64,000 nucleotides of DNA from Nostoc sp. DedSLP01 (GCA_034530875.2 JAVRCJ020000002.1:96001-160000); one strand, 5' to 3'; shown: positions 28,960-40,650, counted from the first letter of the stretch. Notes: generated from the letters alone by a model not told the origin. Made by a program: numbers and translations.

Positions 28960-30222
28960 ATGACTTTCACCACTACTAAAACCCTTGCCGATAAAGTTCG
29001 CGCTGACTTCCCGATTTTGCATCAGGAAGTCAACGAGAAAACCCTAGTTTATCTCGATAATGCTGCGACATCCCAAAAACCTTTACTCGTATTAAATACT
29101 CTGCGGAATTATTACGAGCAATATAATGCCAACGTGCATCGTGGCGCTCATACCTTGAGTGCTAAGGCTACCGATGCTTATGAAGGTGCGCGAAACAAAG
29201 TTGCTAAATTTATTAATGCTGCATCCCGTCAAGAAATTGTCTTCACCCGCAACGCTAGCGAGGCAATTAATCTAGTTGCTTACAGTTGGGGAATGAATAA
29301 TTTACAGCCGGGAGATGAAATTATTCTCTCGGTGATGGAACACCATAGTAATATTGTGCCTTGGCAATTGGTGGCACAAAAAACGGGCGCAGTGTTGAAA
29401 TTTGTTGAACTGACACCAGAACAAACTTTTGATTTAGAACAGTTTAAAAAGCTGATTTCCGATAAAACAAAACTGGTGTCAGTAGTGCATATTTCTAATG
29501 CTTTGGGTTGTATTAATCCAGTGCAAGAAATTGCTAGTATTGCTCACAGATACGGTGCGAAATTCTTAGTCGATGCTTGTCAAAGTGTACCTCACTTTCC
29601 TACTGATGTCCAAAAAATAGATTGTGATTGGCTGGTTGCTTCCGGTCATAAAATGTGCGCTCCAACTGGCATCGGATTTTTGTATGGCAAGTTGGAATTG
29701 TTAAACTCAATGCCTCCATTTTTTGGTGGTGGTGAGATGATTGCAGAGGTGTATTTAGACCATTCCACCTATGCAGAATTGCCGCATAAATTTGAAGCTG
29801 GTACGCCTGCAATTGGGGAAGCGATCGCTCTTGGTGCTGCTATAGATTATCTTAGTAGTATTGGCATGGATAAAATCCACGCCTACGAAGCTGAATTAAC
29901 AGCTTATTTGTTCCAACAATTAGAGCAAATTCCCCAAATTAGACTTTACGGCCCCAAACCAAACGCTCAAGGCGAAGGTAGAGCCGCCTTAGCTACATTC
30001 ACCGCCGAAGGAGTCCACGCCAACGACTTATCTACATTATTAGATCAAGAAGGCGTTGCCATTCGTTCTGGGCATCATTGCACTCAACCATTACACCGCT
30101 ACTTAAGGCTTTCTGGAACCGCACGGGCAAGTTTATCATTCTACAATACCCGTGAGGAAATTGATGTTTTCATCAAAGCACTCAAGGAAACCCTAGACTT
30201 TTTTGCTCAATTCTCTAGTTAA
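28960..30222 (+). CDS. sufS: Cysteine desulfurase SufS
   Basis: [22 protein letters not shown] (PLP Lys), RSGHHC. Confidence 0.96.
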   Translation: MTFTTTKTLADKVRADFPILHQEVNEKTLVYLDNAATSQKPLLVLNTLRNYYEQYNANVHRGAHTLSAKATDAYEGARNKVAKFINAASRQEIVFTRNASEAINLVAYSWGMNNLQPGDEIILSVMEHHSNIVPWQLVAQKTGAVLKFVELTPEQTFDLEQFKKLISDKTKLVSVVHISNALGCINPVQEIASIAHRYGAKFLVDACQSVPHFPTDVQKIDCDWLVASGHKMCAPTGIGFLYGKLELLNSMPPFFGGGEMIAEVYLDHSTYAELPHKFEAGTPAIGEAIALGAAIDYLSSIGMDKIHAYEAELTAYLFQQLEQIPQIRLYGPKPNAQGEGRAALATFTAEGVHANDLSTLLDQEGVAIRSGHHCTQPLHRYLRLSGTARASLSFYNTREEIDVFIKALKETLDFFAQFSS

Positions 30223-30316
30223 CAGTAGACAATGTTTAGATACTGATTGTGTCAATTATTAAGTAATAATATTTGGCACAATTTCACTACCTGGATTATT
30301 TACAGGAGTAGCTAAA

Positions 30317-30925
30317 ATGTCTTACAGTGACTTTACTCTCGACAAAGTTAGAAAAACCTTTGATTTAATCATTTCTGACAAAATTGATATATTTGCATCT
30401 ACGCCACAAATAGAATGCCCACCATTACTTGCAGAAATATTGCAGGAAAATATCCCTTTAGCTTTAGCAAGTAATACAGAAAAATCTCGTTCAGAAATGA
30501 TTATTGCGCCTATTTTAATCGCTATTAGAAAATATTTAAACAATCAAATAAGTTTATTTTCAGGTATTGATTTTACTGTGGATGCACCACAGGGACTAAA
30601 TGGAAATTGCGACTTTATTATTAGCCGTTCGCCAGAACTATTAATTCTTAATGCACCAGTAGTAACAATTGTAGAAGCAAAAAAGGAAAATATCAATGCA
30701 GGATTAGGTCAGTGTGTAGCAGAGATGTTAGCAGCTAAGTTGTTTAATGAACGTGAAGGAAATAACATTAAAACAATTTATGGTACTGTCACCACTGGAA
30801 CTATCTGGAAATTCTTAAAACTGATTGGGCAAGTTGTTGAAATTGACTTGGGCGAACATTATATTAGTGACATAGGTAAAATTTTAGGAATTTTATCTCA
30901 CATCCTGACAGAAGAAGTATTTTAA
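30317..30925 (+). CDS. Putative PD-(D/E)XK restriction-endonuclease-fold protein
   Basis: GNCDF...IVEAKK...GLGQCVAEM...YGTVTTG.IWKF. Confidence 0.7.
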   Translation: MSYSDFTLDKVRKTFDLIISDKIDIFASTPQIECPPLLAEILQENIPLALASNTEKSRSEMIIAPILIAIRKYLNNQISLFSGIDFTVDAPQGLNGNCDFIISRSPELLILNAPVVTIVEAKKENINAGLGQCVAEMLAAKLFNEREGNNIKTIYGTVTTGTIWKFLKLIGQVVEIDLGEHYISDIGKILGILSHILTEEVF

Positions 30926-30926
30926 T

Positions 30927-31559
30927 ATGCTTGTCCAGTCACCGCCTGCCGAACAAAGAACAGTCCTACACAACATTAGCTGGGAAACCTTTGAAGCCTT
31001 ACTGAGAGAGACAGGCGAAGATAGAGGTTCTCGGTTTGCTTATGACTGCGGCACTTTAGAAATTATGACACCAGTGTTTGAGCATGAAAATCCTAAAATT
31101 CAGTTTGACAGATTTATTGTAGTTTTAGCTGAAGAATTAGATATTGAAGTCAGAAGTGCTGGTTCAACAACATTGAAACGAAAAATAGCAAAGAAAGGAA
31201 TAGAACCAGATACTTGTTATTATATCCAGAATGAAGCAGTTATTAGAGGTAAGCAAAAGCTAAATTTAGAAACAGATCCGCCACCTGATTTAGCAATTGA
31301 GATTGATATCACCAGCAGTTCAGTTAATAAATTTGACATTTACGCAGCATTGGGTGTAAATGAACTTTGGAGATATAACGGACAAGATCTAAAATTTTAT
31401 CAGCTGGTAGAGGGACAATATGTTGAGTGTCAGTTTAGTATTGCTTTTCCTATAGTTTCAGTGAGTGAGATAAGTAGATTTATTGAGCAGAGTAAAACAA
31501 GTGGCGAAATTGCGTTGCTTAAATCATTTCGCGCTTGGCTTAAGGGTAAACTAAGATAG
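30927..31559 (+). CDS. Uma2 family endonuclease
   Basis: ISWETFE, LEIMTP, IEPDTCYY, PPDLAIEID, LGVNELW. Confidence 0.9.
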   Translation: MLVQSPPAEQRTVLHNISWETFEALLRETGEDRGSRFAYDCGTLEIMTPVFEHENPKIQFDRFIVVLAEELDIEVRSAGSTTLKRKIAKKGIEPDTCYYIQNEAVIRGKQKLNLETDPPPDLAIEIDITSSSVNKFDIYAALGVNELWRYNGQDLKFYQLVEGQYVECQFSIAFPIVSVSEISRFIEQSKTSGEIALLKSFRAWLKGKLR

Positions 31560-32423
31560 TTATTTATAAATTAAAAAATAATTTTCTCCATTAATTATTA
31601 CTAGCCGTTTATTGTTCTCTTTGTCTTTAATTTCTACTTGAGCATAATGTAGCATTCTATGATGATTGGGACATAAAATAACAACATTATTTTCGTTTTG
31701 TGAACCTTCCTGAGATAAAATAATTAAATGATGTGCTTCCGAATAAAAGCCTCCATTATTTTTTGAAAATGTAAACCCACAATTTTCAAATTGGCAGCGA
31801 TTATTATATTTATTCTTAATTTTTAATATTATCTCTCGATCCCTTTTTATTCTTTGTACAATAACTTCTTCCCTTTCATTCTCTAAATGTGGCTCATGTT
31901 CAAAAATATTATTTTTTATTTCCTGATATTCTATTGTATTAATTTTTTCTAAAATTTCTTGAATATATTTTTGTTTGCAACAAATAGTTTGATTGCATTT
32001 AGATTGTTGAAGTTTTTTATGAAAATATTCTAATTCTAAAGGTTCAGCTAAAATATTATTACAATTCCATCTGCCTATAACTGCACGCTCTTTTGTATTA
32101 TCTACTCTTTGAGTTATATCAGTATTCGCAAAACACCACCACAACTTGTTTTCAAAATGATTTATTCATAAAGTATTTTCATCAGATAAATAGAAATTGC
32201 GAATTTCATTACGACGACGTGTAATTGTTGTATTATCGAAATGTTTCTTTAATTCTTCTTCAACTTCAATCCATTCATTCTTTGATTTACACTCAAGACA
32301 AAGTTCATGAGATATTTGTATATAGCCTAAACGAATAGTATTATCTCTATAAATACAGTCATTACGCCATTTGTTTTTTGGCCCAAGAGTGATATACAAA
32401 ATTTGAGTAGGGTTAATTTTCAT
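31560..32423 (-). pseudogene. HNH endonuclease split by a single in-frame TGA (32166-32168)
   Basis: ORFs 32166-32423 and 31560-32144 are in one frame: ENTL*INHFENKLWWCFA; C-terminal CQFENC..YSEAHH...ILCPNHHRMLH. Confidence 0.75.
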
Positions 32424-32716
32424 AAATTTTCTTTATTGTTTAAAATTTATAGACAATTCAGATATTGACGCATATATTTCAAAGCAAACTAAAATCTAGC
32501 TCAAAAATAATGACACATTTTATAAAAACTTAATTAATTCTGTGTTAGCATATAAAATTAATTATGCAAATACTAAGTTATATAAAATTAAGATTAGTAA
32601 ATAATCTCAGGTCAACTTTGTTTGGTTAAGAATCAAACCTGTTTGTCTAAATTAATATTTTAGATAAGCTTTCCTTTCTGTCTTATAGCTCTACCCTTAT
32701 TCATTGACTAAATATT

Positions 32717-33394
32717 TCAACTCAAAGCATCTGGATCTATCCCCATTTTTCGCAATTCTTCTGCCAATCTTTGAGCGCGTTGTTCGGCAGCATTAGCGCG
32801 TTCTTCTGGTGTTAAATATCTAACTTTTTGCGCGTCGTACCAATACAACCAATCCCGCGTAATTCCTTGATAAGTTCCGCGTTCGTAGCCAATTGCTAAA
32901 TTTATTTCTGGTAACCAAACTGGGTTTCCAGGTTGCAATACATATTCGCCATTTACAAAACGGTAAACTTCTAAAGGTGGTTTTCTTCGACGTTGGGGAT
33001 TGTAGACAACATAATATAAAATTTCCATCTCAGCATAAAGTTTCTTTTTGCTGGTGTATTCCCCACGCCGTCTGTGAGAAACAACTTCTAATGCCATAAT
33101 TGGCATCACCTTTTCTTCCCACAGCACATAACTTAAACGCAAGTTCTCATCAAAAACTCGCTCGACTCCCAAGCTTAAAAATCCATCTGGGACAATAGGA
33201 GGTAATTCCGGATCGTAATAAATCCCCATATCAACGCCAAAAAACCAATCCATACGGTTTGCCCACAGCCAAGCTAAAATGGCTTCTAGCAAGCCGGGAA
33301 TCAAGTGTTGTAGTTGATTATCTACAGGTTCATCGTCAGAATCGGGCAGATCCTCGGCGGAGGGTAAACAATGCAATGGGTTGTAATTTAACAT
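32717..33394 (-). CDS. Uma2 family endonuclease
   Basis: LPDSDDEPVDN, VPDGFLSLG, LEVVS, C-terminal EQRAQRLAEELR..GIDP. Confidence 0.9.
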   Translation of the reverse strand: MLNYNPLHCLPSAEDLPDSDDEPVDNQLQHLIPGLLEAILAWLWANRMDWFFGVDMGIYYDPELPPIVPDGFLSLGVERVFDENLRLSYVLWEEKVMPIMALEVVSHRRRGEYTSKKKLYAEMEILYYVVYNPQRRRKPPLEVYRFVNGEYVLQPGNPVWLPEINLAIGYERGTYQGITRDWLYWYDAQKVRYLTPEERANAAEQRAQRLAEELRKMGIDPDALS

Positions 33395-33610
33395 GGTGGG
33401 TGCGCTACAGACTTATAGCCAACTCATAATATTGATAATATCTATCCAGCTCTGACTTTTTCTTGCGATAATTCCCAAGGAGACCTAAAGAGAAGGGACG
33501 AGGGAGGCACAGCAGCAGAGGGGACAAGAAGAATAATTCTTAATTCTTGTACAGACGCGATTCATCGCGTCTCTCAGCACTCGGCCTTGAGTACGGTAAA
33601 AGGGGGATAG

Positions 33611-35188
33611 ATGACACTTAAGCGGTTCGTTTTAACTTTTATATTGACGCCAATGGCAGTTCTGTTGGCACTTTTGTCTTTATTTGGTAGTTGGCAAGAA
33701 CCTCAGTTTCAAAGCCGCTTAGAACTGTACCAAACTAATATTGCTCTACAAGCCCAAGCGTGGCGATCGCAAGATAGCAGCGATGGCAATCTCCAAGCAA
33801 TTAGAGATGCGATTCTGGGGGAGAAACCTTTGGAAACCGCTACTCAGCAGTATCAAGAGGCGCGTCAATCTGTTCAAACTAATTTAGACAAAGTTAACAA
33901 CAAAGTTGTACAGTTGCGTTCTCAACCGGAAATAACTCCCACACCTCCTAAACCTCTACCCGATCTTTCTCTAACTACTAAAGCTTCTCAGCCAGGACAG
34001 CAGCAAAAGTTAGAAAAATCCCTCAAGGAACTACAAAAATTACTGGCTGAATTAGACCTGCGGTTGGGAATTTTGCAAGCGCAGCAAGGACAAACGGATG
34101 CAGCTGTGAAAACTTGGAGTGAATTACAACAACGCTCGAATATCAATCCAGAATTTCAGGAAACTGCTACTGTATTGAGTGGACTTTGGAGCAATCCTCC
34201 TCGTCTGCTCCCGGATGCTCAACAACCAATTCAAAAGAATTTAGAAGGTTGGTTTCGCTCTACTGCTTTGGTTCGGCTATATCAACTCCAGCAGCGAGAA
34301 GAAACCTTGTCAGCAGTTAAAACTGCACAGCAAGAAGCAGCTACCCGTGCTGTTTTAAAATTGGCAATTATCGGTACTATTCCGACTTTGGCAGCATTAA
34401 TTGGTCTAATATTGCTAATTTTCTTATTCGCCCAACGTTTACTCAAAGGAAAAGAATCTTTATTAGGTCAAAATAGCGATTTAGTTTGGTCAACGCCTTG
34501 GGATGGGGAAACGGTTTTGCAGGTTTTTGTGGTGGGCTTTTTCTTCATGGGACAACTTTTTGTACCCATACTACTATCACTACTCCCCATCCCACGCCCC
34601 GTTACCGATGTGCGACTTCAGGCTTTTTCGGTTTTAGTTAGTTACATTCTGGTAGCATCAGGTGCGCTGTCAGTCCTGTATTTCTCTATTAAACGCTTTT
34701 TTCCGCTACCAAAGTTCTGGTTTCGCTTTCGTTTTCAAGACAATTGGTTTTTGTGGGGGCTAGGGGGCTATTGCGCTGCTTTACCCATAGTTGTAATAGT
34801 ATCTCTGATTAATCAACAACTCTGGCAAGGACAAGGTGGTAGCAATCCACTGTTGCAGCTAGCCCTGGAAAGTCAAGATGGTGTCGCACTTGCCGTATTT
34901 TTCTTTACAGCAGCGATCGCAGCACCATTTTTTGAAGAACTTCTATTTCGCGGCTTTTTGCTACCCTCTCTCACTCGCTATTTACCGGTGTGGGGATCGA
35001 TTATTGTCAGTAGTTTGCTATTTGCGATCGCTCACCTGAGCTTATCAGAAATTCTCCCACTCACCGCATTAGGCATTGTATTAGGCGTAGTCTACACGCG
35101 ATCGCGCAATCTCTTGTCCTCCATGCTCCTCCACAGCCTTTGGAATAGCGGCACATTATTAAGTCTGTTTTTATTAGGTAGCAATTAA
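33611..35188 (+). CDS. CPBP (CAAX/Abi) family intramembrane metalloprotease
   Basis: EELLFRG, FAIAH, HSLWN motifs; multiple TM segments. Confidence 0.9.
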   Translation: MTLKRFVLTFILTPMAVLLALLSLFGSWQEPQFQSRLELYQTNIALQAQAWRSQDSSDGNLQAIRDAILGEKPLETATQQYQEARQSVQTNLDKVNNKVVQLRSQPEITPTPPKPLPDLSLTTKASQPGQQQKLEKSLKELQKLLAELDLRLGILQAQQGQTDAAVKTWSELQQRSNINPEFQETATVLSGLWSNPPRLLPDAQQPIQKNLEGWFRSTALVRLYQLQQREETLSAVKTAQQEAATRAVLKLAIIGTIPTLAALIGLILLIFLFAQRLLKGKESLLGQNSDLVWSTPWDGETVLQVFVVGFFFMGQLFVPILLSLLPIPRPVTDVRLQAFSVLVSYILVASGALSVLYFSIKRFFPLPKFWFRFRFQDNWFLWGLGGYCAALPIVVIVSLINQQLWQGQGGSNPLLQLALESQDGVALAVFFFTAAIAAPFFEELLFRGFLLPSLTRYLPVWGSIIVSSLLFAIAHLSLSEILPLTALGIVLGVVYTRSRNLLSSMLLHSLWNSGTLLSLFLLGSN

Positions 35189-35946
35189 TACGCAAAAATA
35201 CTGTTGTCAAAAAGTGAAATATCTGATTTTATCTGCATAGATAGCAACAAATTACTAGTAATAATTAGTTGTAAGCATAAATACTCGCTAAAAGCCAAAT
35301 AAAAAATGGCAAAAGCAAATTAAATAATGCTTTGAACATAGACAACAAACTATCTAGTTAAGCATTTATTTTCATCTGGGTGATTTGAGCCATTTTCGAG
35401 ATGTGTTAATTGCCTTAGGAAGTTATTTGTGTCTGTAACTAATTAGATTGCAAATTCAGTTTGCACTAGGTGTTAAGTCGCGATCGATAACTCAACAGAA
35501 GTTACGATTCTGCATTTTTACTACCCACGCAAGCAATACTTGTGATTGCTGCGATTATAAAAAACTCCGGAAATAACACTGATGGAGTTGTAAAAAGTGG
35601 TATGGTCTAGCAGTTGTTGTTGATTATTAAGGTTAATTCTTGTCAAGATAAATATCTTGCCTGAAAATCGGCATAATTGCTGCACTAGGATTTGCGATCG
35701 TAATCCACCAAAAGCCCTCAACGAGAAACGGACAGATTTTTAGGCAATTTTGAAAGACATTTATGATGTCTGATATTGCCAGTGCCATCCTGAGACTAAA
35801 ATCGCACTGATTTTAGTTACCCATTTTGGCGCGAATTCATACTCAAAAAATTAAAAAATATATTTGCTTGGCAAATATATTCACTCACTTTTATTACAAT
35901 AAAAGCTTTATTTTTATACCTCACTAATTAAGGAGCAGCACTGAAT

Positions 35947-36222
35947 ATGGCAAATCTCAACCCCAGTCATCCTACTAAACAACTTTTAGCTGGTTACTGC
36001 GGCATTATTCTCGGAGGATTTGGCGTTCATAAGTTCATTCTAGGATACGCCCCAGAAGGCTTGATCATGTTGGTAATTTCTCTAGTTGGGGGTTCTTTTA
36101 CCTACGGTCTTGCCTTACTGATTATGCAACTTGTAGGTTTAATTGAAGGGATGATCTATTTGAATAAGTCCCCCGAACAATTTGTAAATACGTACTTTGC
36201 GAATAAGCAGGGTTGGTTTTAG
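35947..36222 (+). CDS. TM2 domain protein
   Basis: GIILGGFGVHKFILG...GLIEGMIYL. Confidence 0.85.
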   Translation: MANLNPSHPTKQLLAGYCGIILGGFGVHKFILGYAPEGLIMLVISLVGGSFTYGLALLIMQLVGLIEGMIYLNKSPEQFVNTYFANKQGWF

Positions 36223-36369
36223 TACATCGTGGTGCAAGTTTGCTTATATTGAACAAGGGGTCTAAGCCCCTTGCCTATTAATTTATGTCTAGCTGGCTTG
36301 GTGCTTTGCCGTACTAGTAACGCTTCGGATAATTCGTAATACTCGCCTCCGTCGAGAAGCAAGCTACGT

Positions 36370-36395
36370 AATGGGCTACGCCCCGCTACGCTAAC
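36370..36395 (+). repeat. 26-bp small dispersed repeat inside a nested repeat cluster (36223-36460)
   Basis: AATGGGCTACGCCCCGCTACGCTAAC; exact reverse-complement copy at 59071-59096. Confidence 0.8.
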
Positions 36396-36596
36396 GTAAT
36401 TACTGTTGCGTAAGGGTTTTAAGCATTTCAAATGGTATGTTTATTTCCACGCCCGCTGTAGTAGTAGGTCATGGCGTAAATACAGAATTATTTAAAAATC
36501 CTCAAAAGCTCATTCCATATACTTTTGACTCCACAACGGTAGTAAGCTGAACCAGAGCAGCAGTTATACAGCACTTTTACATTTATCCTTCTTGAT

Positions 36597-36800
36597 ATGG
36601 TCGTTGTCAAATCTAAGCAGCTTAGTTGGACTATGCTTCTCTTTTTGGGCATAGGGTATTTCAGTATCATGTCTCATCTGGAAATCAACTATTTCTTGAA
36701 AAGCCTAATTGTCGTCATGCCATTACAGATTGCGGCTATTGTTTATGTGACTTATATACGCTGGAGCCGTCGTCATGCTCGGCACGGTACCATAAATTAA
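36597..36800 (+). CDS. Small two-TM hypothetical protein
   Basis: 67 aa, two hydrophobic helices, basic tail; upstream of the ATPase. Confidence 0.5.
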   Translation: MVVVKSKQLSWTMLLFLGIGYFSIMSHLEINYFLKSLIVVMPLQIAAIVYVTYIRWSRRHARHGTIN

Positions 36801-36910
36801 TAAATTTAATATGGTTGACATTAAGTCGTAGTTCCATATTTCGCCTACGCTCAAATTAGAGACGCTTTTAGCCAAGCGTTAAATTTCCGTAGCGAATCTA
36901 AACACTTGCC

Positions 36911-39406
36911 ATGCAACTTGTTCCCAAAACTAAGGTAGACCAAGAATTTGTCCCAACCCTGGAGAAAATTATTCTAGACGTCGGAGGTATGAAGTGTGCC
37001 GGGTGCGTGAAAGCAGTAGAGCGACAACTCACCCAGCATCCAGGAGTCAAAAGTGCCTGTGTGAACCTAGCGACAGAGGTAGCAGTTGTAGAGTTAGAAA
37101 CTGGTGTCGTAGATGCAGATGCACTCGCAAAGCAATTAACAGCCGGTGGATTCCCGACTCAACCCCGAAAAGCCAACGGTTCAGTAGCAGGGGAAATAGC
37201 TAACTTTCCAGACCCAGTAGAGCGACAACGCCAACAAATGCACTCTTCACTCAGACAGTTGGCGATCGCTGCCGTGTTGCTGGTGTTGTCGGCAAGTGGA
37301 CATTTTGGTAATCTTGGCAGTTCAATACTACCCGAGTTGAATAACATCTGGTTCCACTGTGGGCTAGCAACCATCACCATCCTAATTCCCGGTCGCCCAA
37401 TTATAGTAGATGGTTGGCTGGGATGGCGGCGAAACGCACCTAACATGAATACCCTAGTGGGATTGGGAACCCTGACAGCCTACATTGCGAGTTTAGTAGC
37501 ACTGCTTTTTCCCCAAATGGGTTGGGAGTGCTTTTTTGACGAACCAGTAATGATGCTGGGCTTTATTTTATTAGGAAGGACATTAGAACAACACGCTAGA
37601 GGTCGCGCTGCTGCTGCATTTAGGCAATTGCTGGCACTCCAGCCACTCTTAGCGCGGTTAATTGCCAACCCAGAGAAAGCTGGAGTCGGGTCTTCTAGTG
37701 TAGAGATTCCTGCCGAACAGGTGCGGGTTGGAGAATGGTTACAAGTACTGCCAGGTGATAAAATCCCCGTTGATGGTGAAGTGGTAGCCGGTCAAACAAC
37801 AGTCGATGAATCGATGTTGACTGGGGAAGCAGTACCAGTTAGCAAGCAGCCGGGAGATGTGGTGACAGCCGGCACGCTAAACCAGTCAGGAGCGATCGCT
37901 ATTAAAGCCACACGTGTCGGCAGCGATACAACTTTAGCTCAAATTGTTGCCCTAGTAGAAACTGCTCAAACTCGCAAAGCTCCAGTACAAAAATTAGCAG
38001 ATACAGTCGCAGGTTACTTTACCTACGGGGTACTGACGGCATCTGTATTGACATTTATCTTTTGGTACTTTTTTGGCACTCACATCTGGGCTGATATCAC
38101 CATGTCTGGTGGTATGGAAATGGCTCACCACTCCCCAATGAGTACATACGCGATGAATGGCGTCTCTACGCATTCCCCTTTATTAATTAGCTTAAAGTTA
38201 GCGATCGCCGTTATGGTAGTCGCCTGTCCCTGTGCCTTGGGACTTGCCACGCCAACAGCCATTCTTGTCGGTACTGGTATGGGTGCAGAACGGGGTCTGT
38301 TAATCAAAGGCGGCGACGTTTTAGAAAAAGTACACAAGCTAAACACAGTAGTTTTTGATAAAACTGGCACGTTGACTACGGGTAATCCAGTCGTCACAGA
38401 TTGTTTGTTAATTTCACAAATGGGGAGTGGGGAGGAGGGAGTCGGGAGTGAAAATCCCTACTCCCTCCTCCAACTAGCCGCAGCAGTCGAAGGCGGTACT
38501 TACCATCCCCTAGCAAAAGCAATTGGGCAAGAAGCACAGCGGCAAGAATTATCGATTCCGGAGGCTGTGGGCTTTCACACTGAACCAGGACTAGGGGTAT
38601 CTGCTGTAGTAGAGGGTACAGTTGTGCTGTTGGGTAATTCTGACTGGTTGAGTTGGCATGGAATTACCATCAGCGCCACTGCACAACAGGTAGCACAAGA
38701 TTGGGCAACAGCTGGTAAAACAGTAGTTTTCGTGGCAGTTGGCGGAACTTTAGCCGGAGCGATCGCTGTTTGCGACCCCCTCAGACCAGATGCCAAAACC
38801 ACCGTAGACAAATTACGCCAGATGGGTTTACGGGTAATGCTGCTCAGTGGCGATCGCCAAGAAGCAGCCAACGCGATCGGCAAACAATTAGGATTAGATA
38901 GTAGTAATGTCGTCGCAGGCGTTCCGCCAACCAAAAAAGCGGCTGTCATCCAAGCCCTCCAACAAGGGACAAAGGGACAAGGAGACCAGCAAAACTCGTC
39001 ACTCCTCACTCCTCACTCCTCACTCCCTAATCAACACTCCTTTGTCGCAATGGTCGGCGATGGCATCAACGATGCTCCAGCTTTATCCCAAGCTGATGTC
39101 GGAATAGCACTATACTCAGGGACGGATGTGGCGATGGAAACTGCTGAAATTGTCTTGATGCGCGATCGCTTAAATGATGTCGTTGAATCTATTAAACTCA
39201 GCCGCGCCACCTTCAACAAAATCCGTCAGAATCTATTCTGGGCTTTTGCATATAATACAGTTGGTATTCCTTTAGCAGCAGGTGTTTTATTTCCTAGCCT
39301 TGGTTTTGTTCTTAACCCATCAGGCGCAGCTGCATTAATGGCTTTTAGCTCTGTTAGCGTCGTCACAAACTCAATATTATTAAGGCGCTTGGCTCATCAG
39401 CCATAG
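36911..39406 (+). CDS. Heavy-metal (Cu-type, CtaA/PacS-like) P1B ATPase
   Basis: GMKCAGC HMA domain, TGE, CPC, DKTGT, HP, GDGIND, YN, MAFSS. Confidence 0.95.
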   Translation: MQLVPKTKVDQEFVPTLEKIILDVGGMKCAGCVKAVERQLTQHPGVKSACVNLATEVAVVELETGVVDADALAKQLTAGGFPTQPRKANGSVAGEIANFPDPVERQRQQMHSSLRQLAIAAVLLVLSASGHFGNLGSSILPELNNIWFHCGLATITILIPGRPIIVDGWLGWRRNAPNMNTLVGLGTLTAYIASLVALLFPQMGWECFFDEPVMMLGFILLGRTLEQHARGRAAAAFRQLLALQPLLARLIANPEKAGVGSSSVEIPAEQVRVGEWLQVLPGDKIPVDGEVVAGQTTVDESMLTGEAVPVSKQPGDVVTAGTLNQSGAIAIKATRVGSDTTLAQIVALVETAQTRKAPVQKLADTVAGYFTYGVLTASVLTFIFWYFFGTHIWADITMSGGMEMAHHSPMSTYAMNGVSTHSPLLISLKLAIAVMVVACPCALGLATPTAILVGTGMGAERGLLIKGGDVLEKVHKLNTVVFDKTGTLTTGNPVVTDCLLISQMGSGEEGVGSENPYSLLQLAAAVEGGTYHPLAKAIGQEAQRQELSIPEAVGFHTEPGLGVSAVVEGTVVLLGNSDWLSWHGITISATAQQVAQDWATAGKTVVFVAVGGTLAGAIAVCDPLRPDAKTTVDKLRQMGLRVMLLSGDRQEAANAIGKQLGLDSSNVVAGVPPTKKAAVIQALQQGTKGQGDQQNSSLLTPHSSLPNQHSFVAMVGDGINDAPALSQADVGIALYSGTDVAMETAEIVLMRDRLNDVVESIKLSRATFNKIRQNLFWAFAYNTVGIPLAAGVLFPSLGFVLNPSGAAALMAFSSVSVVTNSILLRRLAHQP

Positions 39407-39810
39407 AATTTTCACTTGCAGGATTTACAAACAAAAATCTTGCTTATTTGTAAACTATTAGGCACTGAAGTTGCTTATTTACTCTTGGAGGTTGTGATTA
39501 ATCATTATCCATTCGTTACTTTTAGTTAACAAAAAACAAAGTTCACACATCACTTCTGAGACTACGGGTTCTCCCTACCCCTACTTTGAATTAAGGTTGG
39601 GTGTAGCTTCTCGTATAGAAATAGTGCAAGTGCTGAAAACTTTGCAACACAGTAGCTTAACAGCAGTTCCTTTAAGCGGGGGAACCCCGCCAACGGACTG
39701 CCTCAACTTTGTAAGATAGGACAAATGACAAACCACGAGTAGAACGCCCATGTTCTACTCTTTCAAGGTATTATGCATTTTTAAAGCTTATTTAGATTGC
39801 CACCACAAAT

Positions 39811-40329
39811 ATGGTGAGAATGGCAGAATACTATACTAAACAAATCTTGATTAATAAAAGTTCCACCGATTTTAGCAACGATTTGTCAATGGCAGCAGAA
39901 ATCAATGAAAACCATCTACTGATTATTGAAGACGATCAAGGTCGCAAAGAATTTTCTTTGGAGCAGCCCGTCTATTCTATTGGTAGAGACCGCGAATGTA
40001 ATATCCGTTTGATGTCGCAGTTTGTCTCCCGCCGCCATGCCACATTAGTGAGATTGCCACGAGAGCATAATAGTCATAGCTACTATTACCGCATTGTAGA
40101 TGGCGATGCCAAAGGAAAGCCTAGCTCCAACGGTTTAATGATTAATGGACGCAAAATGCCAGCCCACGATCTAAAAAATGAAGACGAGATCGTTTTTGGG
40201 CCTCAAGTACGTGCCATTTATTACTTGTTAAGAAATACTCAGCGCTTGGGGCAAACAGATTCCAGTGAGTATGACATTACATTAATAAACCCCGGTATGA
40301 CCGAGGATTTAGAGGATCTAGACGACTGA
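39811..40329 (+). CDS. FHA domain protein (start may be 39889)
   Basis: IGR...VSRRHA...SSNGLMING. Confidence 0.88.
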   Translation: MVRMAEYYTKQILINKSSTDFSNDLSMAAEINENHLLIIEDDQGRKEFSLEQPVYSIGRDRECNIRLMSQFVSRRHATLVRLPREHNSHSYYYRIVDGDAKGKPSSNGLMINGRKMPAHDLKNEDEIVFGPQVRAIYYLLRNTQRLGQTDSSEYDITLINPGMTEDLEDLDD

Positions 40330-40650
40330 ATTACGACTACCCAAGTGGAAAAGACCCATTAAAAATTCAAAATTCAAAATGACGCTCCTTCGCGTAGCGT
40401 GTCGCAGACAGAACTCGCTAACGCTACGCTAACAAAATTCAAAACATTTCAGACAAGGACTATTATCTCGACTGAAACTAAGGCTGCATTGGTTGTGTCT
40501 GAGCGTCAGTTTCCGGCTCAGACACGCGAAGGACGGCTTGCAGCAGACGTCGGAACTTTGTAACACAGGGGTCTTAAACCCTTTAATTTACTATAAAAGT
40601 CTGGAATTCCACAGCCTGAAGCTGTGGGAGGATCTATCTCAACATCAAAC

